Below are positions 26,104 through 37,770 of a DNA stretch of 64,000 nucleotides, piece after piece (within the stretch, counting starts at the first letter, position 1; the number at the start of each line of letters is the position of its first letter). The stretch covers positions 248,001 through 312,000 of the forward strand of contig NW_025767392.1 in assembly GCF_003918875.1 (NCBI RefSeq). Direction: 5' to 3'. The stretch comes from Haliotis rubra (lineage: Eukaryota). The translations under genes and the position numbers were made by a program. The notes under the pieces are model-generated. The model saw nothing but the letters and a program-made list of their open reading frames with translations. It was not told the DNA's origin and searched no databases.

Positions 26104-26450
26104 GTAGTGGCAGTAGTAGAAGTAGCAGTAGTAGAAGTAATAGTAGTAGTAGAAGAAGAAGAAGAAGAAGTAGTAGTAGTAGTAGTAGTTGAANNNNNNN
26201 NNNNNNNNNNNNNNNNNNNNNNNNNNNNNNNNNNNNNNNNNNNNNNNNNNNNNNNNNNNNNNNNNNNNNNNNNNNNNNNNNNNNNNNNNNNNNNNNNNNN
26301 NNNNNNNNNNNNNNNNNNNNNNNNNNNNNNGCAGCCAGTAGCAGCAGCAGTAGCAGCAGCCAGTAGTAGCAGCAGCAGCAGTAGTAGCAGCAGTAGCAGC
26401 AGCAGTAGCAGTAGCAGCCAGTAGTAGCAGCCAGCAGTAGTAGTAGCAGG
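26104..26450. repeat. (GTA/GAA/GCA)n trinucleotide tracts flanking assembly gaps (N at 26194-26330 and 26451-26619)
   Basis: Directly visible. Confidence 0.95.
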
Positions 26451-27387
26451 NNNNNNNNNNNNNNNNNNNNNNNNNNNNNNNNNNNNNNNNNNNNNNNNNN
26501 NNNNNNNNNNNNNNNNNNNNNNNNNNNNNNNNNNNNNNNNNNNNNNNNNNNNNNNNNNNNNNNNNNNNNNNNNNNNNNNNNNNNNNNNNNNNNNNNNNNN
26601 NNNNNNNNNNNNNNNNNNNAAGAGGCGACTAACGGGATCCGCTTGGTTGACACATGCCATCGGTTCCCAATTGCGCAGATCGATGCTCATGTTGTTGATC
26701 ACTGGATTGATGTGTTCGCGTAAAGACGACCTCTTCCTGCCCTTACGGTGGCACACGTATCAAACACATATACATAAGGTCAGTCGGTCTCCTAAAAAAC
26801 ACGACCATATGGGCACAAGTGAAAAGATAAGGAATACATCAGACATGATTTTGTCACTGATGTGACATATGTTGACATGTCCTCCATTTGTCTGCTGCCA
26901 CAATACTGATGTTGAAACTTTACTGAAGCCTTGTTCAAGGCCACATTTAACAAGAGCCCTATGACGTCCGTTGAAATCTTCGGATCTTCGGAGACAGGGC
27001 ATAAAGAAACGATCTTCAAACTGTGAGATCTCAGAGAGGTCATGTATTTCTAGGACATGAAACACTGTCATCGGGTTCGGATTTTCACTATTTTAACTAC
27101 CATATTTATCATTTCCCTTTACATTGTATCAACATAATGCATAATGTCCCCTGACAGTATATGCCATTTAATTAAAAATAATCTCAAGTTATTGTTATGC
27201 AATTCCATCTTATGCGGAATACCTTTAACTTAGTTCTGGTCATTGTTGATAACATTTAGTAATTATGACACGTTACAGTTAGTAAACTGTTTGACCGAAT
27301 GGGAATATACTTTCTACTATGAAGGTTTTATCCAAAGGTTAATGAATATCATCTCTGACGTCACACTAATGGCCACAATATTCACGA

Positions 27388-27564
27388 GTGAGTTAGTAAG
27401 TATGGTTTTACGCTGCCTTTAGCAATATTCCAGCAATATCACGGCGGGGACACCAGAAGTTGGCTTTCACACATTGTACCCATGTAGGGAATCGAGCCCG
27501 GGTCTTCAGCGTGACGAGCGAACGCTTAACCACTAGGCCTAGCCATAGGCTACCCTACCACCCT
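27388..27564 (-). mobile_element. tRNA-derived SINE family B, full length
   Basis: On the minus strand TAGCCTA..GTGGTTAAGCG...GGCTCGATTCCC (A/B boxes), tail GCTGGAATATTGCTAAAGGCAGCGTAAAAC; 12-bp TSD CAATATTCACGA. Confidence 0.9.
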
Positions 27565-28559
27565 CAATATTCACGAAGGGACAGATGGTTACCAGTATTC
27601 ATTTCAACATTTTCATGAACCCAGTTTTGTAATGTTTACATTGAGCTGGCTGCAATATTTTTTGTTTTGCAAAGTAAAATATGTCTAATATAGTCAAACA
27701 CCGTATGTCACCTGTGTTTCTCGCCCCACATGGTATGATAGAATTGGGGGTGGTGGGGTAGCCTAGTTTAAAGCGTTGGCTTGTCCTGCCGAAAATGAGT
27801 GTGTGAGTTTAGTCTTACACCATATCGTAAAACCATTCTCACTCACTCACTATGATAGATTTCCGTGTAACTGTGAACTTCCGATACGACAACGCATGGC
27901 GATGATAGAATCGTGTGAAATACCTATAACAGTTCGTTACTCACAATTCGGTTAGTGTCAGCCCTACTTGATTGGAAAAGATCAATGCAAGAACCGCATA
28001 TACTATTAAATCAAGTACGTTCTAGCTGACACTCGATTAATATCTTTTCCTTCCCTAATGGTGCATTTAATTCATTCAAATCAATCTAAATGTACCATTG
28101 TGCTATAATGTTTTCTAACACCAGTGGGTAAATAGATTTTACACAACAGCTATACTTGATGGCTGTAAATGTGCTGCCCTAAACTAGATAATTTATTCAA
28201 ATTAAACTTATTTCCAACAAGTACTCGATGTGGAAAATGTTTTCTCCTTTTAAAGGTCATGTAGCTAGTGGTTACTGAAGGTCGTCGGCTAGATGCACCT
28301 GGTTCAAACTCGTGTGGGCTGGCGGACCGACTTGTTGGAGGCCAGATAAGCCTTGACCTTCACTAGCGCCTATCGTCCTGTCGTAGCTGTGTTTGTTTCT
28401 AACAACATGGCGTGGGTTAACCTGTTTTATGAATGGGCCTGTTTCTTCATGACCCGATGGCCCAGTTCAGACACAGATATCAGACATCATAGGGTCGTTA
28501 CACTATGACCGTTATGTAGTCCACTGTTATTACTAACACCACGAGTTACTGACTGCTGC

Positions 28560-29334
28560 TGCCCTGTTACTACTACTACTACTACTACTGCTAGTGCTAA
28601 TACTACTACAACTACTACTAGTACTACTACCAATACTACTACTACTACTACTACTGCTAATGCTACTACTACCAATACTACTACCACCACTACACCACCA
28701 TTACTACTACATTACTACCACCTAATACTACTACTACCACTACTACTACTACCACTACTACTACCAATACTACTACTAAATTTTTACCACTAACACTAAC
28801 ACTAACACTGACCCGTGAAGACCCGGGGTAGGATAAAGTCTTCAGCAACCCATGCTTGCCACAAAAAGGCGACTATGCTTGTCGTAAAAGGCGACTAACG
28901 GGATCGGGTGGTCAGTAATCGCTGATCTGGTTGACACATGTCATCGGTTCTCAGTTGCGCAGATCGATGCTCATGCTGTTGATCACTGGATTATCTGGTC
29001 AGACTCGATTATTTACAGACCGCCGCCATATGGCTGGAATATTGCTGTGTGCGGCGTAAACCTAAACTCACTCACCTCACCACTACCACTCATCACTGCT
29101 ACTACTACTACAACTGCTACCACTACTACTGCCACTCACCACTATCACTACTACTACTACTACTACCACAATTACTACTACATGACCACTACTGCTACCA
29201 CTATATAATACTACTTCACTACTAACTATATTGCTAGTGATTTTACTACTACTAATACTTATTGCTTTATACTTCTTCTTCAACTTCTACTATCTCTCTA
29301 TAATTTTGGGTTGTCAACTACTACTACTACTACT

Positions 29335-29371
<37 letters not shown>

Positions 29372-30150
29372 GCACTACTACTATTTATATAAGCTTCTTC
29401 TTTCTTCTACTGTACCTCTTCAGCTGTGCTTCTGCTATTTCTGCTACTTCTTATTTATTCCACCATTTCTTCCTTCTTCCTTTCCTTCCTTCTTCCTTCC
29501 TTTCCTTCCTTTCCACTATGGATTTTCCTTCCTTCTACTACCAGCTACTTCCTTTCCTTTCTTCCTTCCTTCTACTGGCCTTTTCTTCACTATTTTTCAC
29601 TACTGCTTCTTCCTTCCTTCCTTTATTTCCTTCACTTCCATATTTCCTTCTTCCTTCTACTATTTCTTCTTTTCTTTTTCTTCTTCTACTATTTCCTTCT
29701 ATTTTTTCCTTCTTCTTCCTTGTGTGTGTCTTCTGGGTTCCTGTGGTCCTTCTGTGTGTGTCTGGGTTATTTTCCTTCTCTGGCTTCCTGGTTCTTCTTT
29801 CTGTCTTTCTGGTTCCTTCTTCTACTGCTTCTGTTCCTTGTATACTACTGTAGTTCCTGTGGTTCACTACTACTAAGTTCTTCTTCTTTCTTCCTTCTTC
29901 TTCTACTAAGTTATTCTTCCTTCTACTGTGGTTCTTTTTTCTTCTTGTGTCCTTCTGCTGGGGTCCTTCTTCCTCTTCCTTGTGTGTGGTTCCTGTTCCT
30001 GCTTCTTCTTCCTTTTTCCTTCTCTTTTCCTTCTTCTTCTTCTCAGGTTCCTTGTGTGTCTCTGGGATTCTTGTGCTTCTTCCTTGGTTCTTGTAGTTCC
30101 TTGTCTCAGTTCCTTCTTCTTTTCCTTTTTTCCTTGGCTATTCTCACTGG
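28560..30150. repeat. (ACT)n microsatellites interrupted by a family A element, followed by a degenerate CTT/pyrimidine-rich tract
   Basis: ACT runs at 28560-28810 and 29085-29385; low-complexity CT tract at 29390-30150. Confidence 0.9.
28811..29075 (+). mobile_element. Short retroposon family A, subfamily with duplicated hairpin
   Basis: ACCCGTGAAG start; atgcttgccacaaaaaggcgact-atgcttgtcgtaaaaggcgact internal duplication, also present at 62852. Confidence 0.88.
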
Positions 30151-31199
30151 ACTGTGGATCCTTGTCTGATTCCAGCTAATGTCTGTTAATCAATCGAGGT
30201 CCTAGGAACAGACAGTCCAGTGTTCATATAAGCCAAGGATCTGCATGATTGGGACACGATGACTGTGTGTCAATAGGCTGGAGCCCGGACCCTGACCGCC
30301 CGGTCGTTTATTCGCTATCTTACAACACACATGGGTTGCTGAGACAGAATTATAACCGGATCTTTGGGTATAGTTCCATTTGCTTTTCTTTATTCTCGTT
30401 TCAAATTTCAATTTAAAGATTGAAATGTATCTCCAATAAATTAAATTTAACAAACCTGAGATTTTGACACATTTTAATTACAAGTAACTTTTTTTGGATG
30501 TTAATGTAATTTGCCTCTATAAGAGACACATCAGGGATTTGAAGGGATCCAAACGATCCAGTCATTGTGTGGCTTTAGAAGTTTACATAAAGCATCGAAC
30601 TATCGCCGATTAGTCAAAGGGAAATTATGCTTTATCAAATCGATACTGTTAGATAACATGGAACACATTTACGTGGGGGAGTAGCATGTGCGTGGATTAA
30701 AAAGTGTCATAATGGCACAAATATAGTTCCATAAAACAGGGCCTACGTTTTGGGCGGACACCTTTTAAAGCATCAATAATTATCCTTCTATTAGCTTCTA
30801 TTTACAGAGGTGTCTACAGCATGCCCAGGGACATAGCTCATTTAGCTAATTGGACTGCTTTTAGACGATTGGGCCACCTGTGCCCTCAAAATGACGCTGA
30901 AAAGCATGGTCATACTTGGGGGTTGAAGCGTGCGTACAATATTTTCTTCACCTGAACGGAATTATGGACAGAGTCGGATGTTATCTGATATCGTATGTGT
31001 CCACTTTCGTGGGGTATGAACCAGTAGTGGCATTCACGGATTGGGTTCAAATATATATTCTTCACAGATGATATAAAGCATCACTTACTGTCAATTTGCT
31101 GGGCTGCTGATTCATCAACTACAGTGGCGTATTCCTTCACATCGTTTGTCTGGTGAGTAGGTAAAAAGAAGTTTAGTTTTTACGCCGCACTCAGCAAAC

Positions 31200-32405
31200 T
31201 TCTTCAACTACTTCTACTATAGCTGCTTTACTCTCCAACTACTTCTACTATAACTACTACTTCTTCAGCTACTTCTTCTATATAGCTGCTTCTCCAACTA
31301 CTTTACTATAGCTACTACTTCTCCAACTACTTCTACTATAGCTAAGTACCTGACTATTTCTACTATAGCTACTACTTCCTCAGCTACTTCTACTTTAGCT
31401 GCTACTTCTTAACTACTTTCTACTTTATAGCTACTACTTCTCCAACTACTTCTACTATAGCTGCTAGTATCTTCCAACTACTTACTATAACTACTACTTC
31501 TCCAACTACTTCTACTATAGCTACTACTTCTCCAACTACTTCTACTATAGCTGCTGCTACTTCTTCAACTACTTCTACTATAGCTACTACTTTACTTCTT
31601 CAACTATTTCTACTATAGCTGCTACTTCTTCTACTACTTCTACTATAGCTGCTACTTCTCCAACTACTTCTACTATAGCTGCTACTTCTCCAACTACTTC
31701 TACCATAACTACTACTTCTCCAACTACTTCTACTATAGCTACTACTTCTCCAACTACTTCTACTATAGCTGCTACTTCTTCAACTACTTCTACTATAGCT
31801 ACTACTTCTCCAACTACTTCTACTATAGCTAAGCTCTCCAACTACTTCTACTATAGCTGCTACTTCTCCAACTACTTCTACTATAGCTGCTACTTCTTCA
31901 ACTACTTCTACTATAGCTGCTACTTCTCCAACTATTTCTACTATAACTACTACTTCTCCAACTACTTCTACTATAGCTGCTACTTATCCAACTACTTCTA
32001 CTATAACTACTACTTCTTCAGCTACTTCTACTATAGCTGCTACTTCTCCAACTACTTCTACTATAGCTACTACTCCAACTACTCTCTACTATAGCTGCTA
32101 TCTCCGACTATTTCTACTATAGCTACTACTTCTTCAGCTACTTCTACTATAGCTGCTACTTCTCCAACTACTTCTACTATAGCTACTACTTCTCCAACTA
32201 CTTCTACTATAGCTGCTACTTCTCCAACTACTTCTACTATAACTACTACTTCTCCAACTACTTCTACTATAGCTACTACTCCAACTACTTCTACTATAGC
32301 TGCTACTTCTTCAACTACTTCTACTATAGCTACTACTTCTCCAACTACTTCTTCAACTATTTCTACTATAGCTGCTACTTCTTCTACTACTTCTACTATA
32401 GCTAC
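31200..32405. repeat. 30-bp minisatellite built from ACT triplets
   Basis: Unit CT(A/G)CTACTTCTCCAACTACTTCTACTATAG, about 40 copies. Confidence 0.93.
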
Positions 32406-33224
32406 AACAAGCATGGGTTGCTGAAGACAAGTTCTAACCGGATCTTCACGGGTATAACTTCATTTACTTTATTTCTTTATCCTCATTTCAAATTTGGAAT
32501 TAAGGTGAGAAATATATCTCCAATAAATGCATTTAACAAACACATTTGTGACACATTTTGATTACAAGTAACTTTTTGAATAACATTATGTTTATGTAGT
32601 ACCTCTATAAAGACACATCAATTTTGAAAGTCAAACGATCAGTCATTATTAACTAGGCCAAAGTTTACATAAAGCATCGAACTATCGCCGAATAGTCAAG
32701 GAAATTATGCTTTATCAATAATCGATACTGGTAGATAACATGGAACACATTTACGTAGAGGGAAGTAGCATGTACGTGGACATTTAAAAAGTGTCTGTGG
32801 CACAAATATAGTTCCATAAAACAGGGCCTACGTTTTGGGCGGAAAGCATCAATAATTATCCTTCTATTAGCTTCTATTTACAGAGGTGTCTGGCATGCCC
32901 AAGGGATGCAACTCGACACAGCTAATTGGTCTGCCTTAGACGACTGGGCCACCTGTGCCCCACACAATGACGCTGAAAAGCATGGTCATCCTTGAGATTG
33001 AAGCGTGCGTACAATATTCTCTTCGCCTGCACCAGAATGTGGACAGAGTCGGATGTTATCTGATAGCGTATGTGTCCACTTTCGTGGGGTATGAACCAGT
33101 AGTGGCATTCAAGGATTGGGTTCAAATATTCTTCACAGGTGATATAAGCATCACTTACTGTCAATTTGCTGTGCTGCTGATTCATCCCACCTACAGTGGC
33201 GTATTCCTTCACATCGTTTATCTG

Positions 33225-33469
33225 AGTGAGTGAGTGAGTGAGTGAGTTTGGTTTACGCCGCACACAGCAATATTCCAGCTATATGGCGGCGGTCTGTAAA
33301 TAATCGAGTCTGGACCAGACAATCGAGTGATCAACTGGATGAGCATCGATCTGCACAATTGGGAACCGATGACCAAGTCAGTGAACCTGACCACCCGATC
33401 CCGTTAGTCGTCTCTTACGACAAGCATGGGTAACTGAAGATCAATATTCTAACCCGGGCCTTTACGGGT
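33225..33469 (-). mobile_element. Short retroposon family A, full length
   Basis: (GAGT)n tail on the plus strand, 5' end at 33469; 12-bp TSD TCGTTTATCTGA. Confidence 0.92.
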
Positions 33470-33617
33470 CTCGTTTATCTGATGCACTTGGGCTATCAGT
33501 CATTCTTTTGTCATTCGCTCGCATGTGCAACTTGAACTTTCTGAAGATTTGAACTGACCAAGTAACTGGCTATCGTGCGTGTAAGTTTAGCGAGTGATGG
33601 TATAATTGTCCATACAT

Positions 33618-33846
33618 TTTGTTTTTGTTTGTTTGTTTTTAATGCCGCACTCAGCAATTTTCCAGCCATATGGCGGCCCTCTGTACATCAGACAATCCAG
33701 TGATCAACAGCATGAGGGATACGCAATTGGGATACGGTGACATTTGTCAACCAAGTCAGCGAGCCCGACCACCCGATCCCGTTAGTCGCCTCTTACGACA
33801 AGCATGAGTTGCTGAACACCAATTTCTATCCCGGATCTTCACGGGT
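33618..33846 (-). mobile_element. Short retroposon family A
   Basis: Reverse-complement match from (TTTG)n tail to ...gatcttcacgggt. Confidence 0.88.
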
Positions 33847-33849
33847 ACT

Positions 33850-34060
33850 ACGCATTTAACAAATAGGATACATAAACCGGGAACAAAATCGGGCCGAGGC
33901 CTGAACCTTGCTCGACGCCATTGATGAGTTCATGACTTTTTGACATTTCCGCTCTTACTATAATCCTATCTGTCAGACAGGTAGGAATAGACCAACAAAG
34001 TGCTACTGCATCGATTCCTATTTGATGGTTCAGGGATGAACATGTTATTATCAAAGTACC
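33850..34060 (-). mobile_element. LINE (CR1/L2-group) reverse transcriptase fragment
   Basis: GIDAVALCW...LTDR...GVEQGSGLGPILFPVYV resembles the RT motif GVPQGSVLGPLLFxxY. Confidence 0.75.
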
Positions 34061-34690
34061 TCCTTCCATATAGCTCAGCGAGTATCACAGTGTCACGTGT
34101 CTGCCTTAACTTTCGAAATAGCATAAAACAGGTAGCCTGTGAGCAAATATATTTAGTTAAATAAGTTTAGTAAAATGATCTAATGTTTTAACACCAGTAT
34201 AGCGTCATTTAATAAAAGCGAAAAGAATCCTTTCCGCATCCATAAGAAATCTGTTGAAAGGAGAGCCGATTGTACAATTCCGACTATAGTATGAACATGT
34301 GCTTGTTTGTTTGTTTGTTTGTTTGTTTGTTTGTTTGTTTGTTTTTTGAACGCCTGACTCAGCAATAATTCAGCTGTATGACAGCTTTCATTAATCTACG
34401 GTTGAATGGATTGACACCAAACCAGAGTCATTGTGGGCATAATAACACAGTGAAGCTAAAATGTCAGTTGACTAAAAACTGTAATACAGAATGTATACAT
34501 AGTTTGAGTAATTAGTTTTGCTGTCGGTGCCATGGAAAAGTCATTAAGATCAGAATGGTTGATACCATGACAGAGGAAAACCTTTTGAATCAACAAGCCC
34601 CTGGATACAGAATGTATAATAATAGTGTTGTTGTTGCCATTTTGTTGTGATTGTTGTACCATGACAGAGTTGAAAACCTTTTTAATTGGG

Positions 34691-34723
<33 letters not shown>

Positions 34724-34789
34724 CAGATCACGATTGAAGCGTCTTACAATGTTAAATATAAATGTCTATCCATGTCCTGACGCAACCAT

Positions 34790-35580
34790 GTGTGTGTGTA
34801 TGACGTTTGTCTGTGTCTGTGTCTATGTCTGTGTGAAATGTGTGTGTGTTTATGTGTCTTGGTTAAGCGTCTGTATTTCTGTGCCTGTTTGCATCTGTGC
34901 CTGCTTTCAAGTATCTGCCTGTGTGATTTTCGCGTGTGTTCTGTGTCTGTCTGTGTGAAATGTGTGTGTTTCGTTATCTGTGTGAAGTGTGTTGTCTCTG
35001 TCTGTGTGAAGCATGTGTGTTCATGTGTCTGTCTGTGTGAAGTGCGTGTGTGTTTCCGTCTCTGTGTGAAATGTGTGTGTTTCTGTGTCTGAGTGTATGT
35101 GTATGTTCATGTGTCTGTCTGTGTGAAGTGCGTATGTTTCCGTGTCTGTTTGTGTGAAATGTGTTTTTGTGTTTCTTTGTCTGAGTGTACGTGTATGTGA
35201 CTTTAGTGTTTATGTGTATGTCTGTGTCTGTGTGAAATGTGTATGTTCATGTGTCTGCCTGTGTGAAGTGCGTGTGTTGCCGTGAGTGTTTGTGTGGAAT
35301 GTGTTTGTGTTTCTGTGTCTGAGTTTAAGTGTGTGCTTTTGTGTTTGTGTGTATGTCTGTGTCTGTGTGAAGTGTTTGTGTATGTATCTGTGTGAAGAGT
35401 GTGTGTGTCTGTGTCTGTATTTGTGTGAAGTGTGTGTCTCTGTGTCTTTATCTGTGTAGCATCTGTGTCAGTGTCTGTGGTTATGAGAAGTGTGTGTGTG
35501 TGTGTGTTTCTGAATCTATGTCTGTGTGCCTCTCTGTTTGTCTATGAGTGTGTCTGCGCGCGCGCGTGTATGTGTGTGTA
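34790..35580. repeat. Degenerate (TG)-rich microsatellite/minisatellite
   Basis: Recurring gtctgtgtgaa(a/g)tgtgtgt. Confidence 0.9.
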
Positions 35581-36576
35581 ATTTGCCACAGCTTCGTTTA
35601 GGAAGGGAAATATACTGTCAGTGGTATCATATTACTAGAATGTAATCCCGTGATAATAGAGGATGTGATTGCGCGTCGTTGTACGACGCGTGAGGGAGAC
35701 AGACATAACGACATACAGGCAGGCAGACAGACAGTAATGCATTCATACAAACGTGCATGCAAACCTGCAGGCAGTCGGGCAGGTGGGCGTGCTTTATACA
35801 TAAAGTGAAACAATATATACAACCAAACGAGGTATGGAATCCACTTCATCTCAGTATGACAAGTGTATATGTACGGTCGTTATTTGAATATGTTTTGCCG
35901 ACATTTGTTTTGACAACATAGCAAGGTTACTATGACGCCCTATCGGCTTCATTACAACTGGCCCTATCTCTCACTGAGAGTGGACGTACGACAATGAAAC
36001 TAGGTGGGGTCTTAAGTAGAATATTATCAACACCCTCTATTGAGAACATAAGGGTCAATGATACACAGTTACATCGTGAATGGTATGGTAAGCATTGTGA
36101 GTAAGATTGATTTGCAACCCATCACCAGGGTATGGTCCGGGTTATATTGAACATGTCTCATATACGAGCCATCTAACGGTAGTTATGCGTTGAGACTCAA
36201 GTGGAAACATGAAGTTAACTGGAAATTGGTCCATAAAGGCCGGCGTGGAGCTAACAAACAAAGAATTGTCCCATTCTGGGGAAAACTAAGGTTAGAAATC
36301 AGTACAGATCACGACGAAGGAATCACAATGGCAGTGCTGCGACTGGTCCTGGACATCCCTCCAAGTTCCCTCCCCGTATCTATCACAAGATTTTAAAGAG
36401 CGCCCTACAGCTCTTGCTTAAAAGTTGTGGTTACAACATTTAAGGTCTCGTGATCAGTAAAACTTCAAAACGGTTCCTGATAGACGTGTCTGAATTCGAA
36501 GCATCACTCACAACAATTTCGTCCGATGCTATTTTTATGTTAACTTGTACCATATATCCCCGTGATTAGTTTCAGC

Positions 36577-36814
36577 ACCCGTGAAGATCCGGGTTAGAAT
36601 TGGTCTTCAGCAATCCATACTTGCCCAGATCGGGTGGTCAGGATCGCTGACTTGGTTGAACATGTCATCGTGTCCCAATTCCGTAGATCGATGCTCGTGA
36701 TGTTGATCACGGCATTGTCTGGTCCAGACTAGATTATTTACAGACCGCCGTCATATACATTTTGTGTAGCTGGAATATTGCTGAGGGCGGCGTTAAACAA
36801 CAATCAATCAATCA
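36577..36814 (+). mobile_element. Short retroposon family A (hairpin segment deleted), ~1 kb upstream of claudin-like gene A
   Basis: ACCCGTGAAGATCC start, (AATC)n tail, TSD ATTAGTTTC. Confidence 0.87.
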
Positions 36815-37770
36815 ATTAGTTTCCGATGAACAGTTGACTTGACTTTTGCATGTGTTTTTGACAGATCTTAGTGATTGGGCTGGATGCGCTGACCTGGTGT
36901 CACCACTGTTTAATAATAATTATAAACACACGCTTATGATACAGTGGGTAATGGAAAGGATTTTTATGCAGTGTCTAAACGTTAGTCCAGTAATCCCACC
37001 TGCCACGGTATTACCCAAGGTGAGTCCAATAACGATCATCACTCACTCAACGCCTAAACACCACGCCAAACATAGGAGTTACTAGTATACATTTTCAGCA
37101 ACTCGATTCTCTATGTATTTTTGTCAGTCATTCCAAAACTTATCTTCGCAAGGACGTTTCCCCGACAAACAACTTGTACTGAATGCTGTCAGGTTTACTT
37201 TGCCATTAACGTCTGTGTCATGCTTTACTCCCAAACATGCACCTATAGCCATAACAGGTGTGCTTTGTTACTTTTCACATAAATCATATATATATCATAA
37301 CATTAAACATACAGAGTATCAACGTTCTTCTCCAACCTGACATTCATTATCATATCTAACTGAACAGGTATGAACCCTTGTACAAGACTCGAAACCTTCA
37401 ATTCAAAGGAATATAGTCCGTCTGTAGAAACCCCTTTGTAACCCACAATACAGCACAGCACAAAACGGCTTTTCAGCTCTTTCAGACAGCCATTTATCGA
37501 CATGGAAGAATGTGCTCAAAAGATTCGCATTAACGTCTTTATATTGCAGGTGTAAACTGTTATTATCGTGTTATGCTACTAACAGTGGCATAGAAGATTT
37601 GTATTGTCTGTCATTGTGATGGCCATTTGGCCATTCAGCTCATCCTCAATGGAACTGAAATAACTGTAACTAATGCTCCGTTATTTTGGAAACGGACATG
37701 ACGATAGTGTCCCTATCAATGTGGTACCGTTAGATTTCGCAGTTAATATAGCATAACGTCGCCGTAAGTC

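Noticed and set aside
29311-30179. Hydrophobic Phe/Leu/Ser-rich ORFs suggesting membrane proteins
   Set aside because: Low-complexity pyrimidine tract, probably poorly polished sequence.
31587-32414. Val/Glu/Ala repeat protein (or Thr/Ser mucin-like on the other strand)
   Set aside because: 30-bp minisatellite with frequent indels breaking frame; no start or splice context seen.
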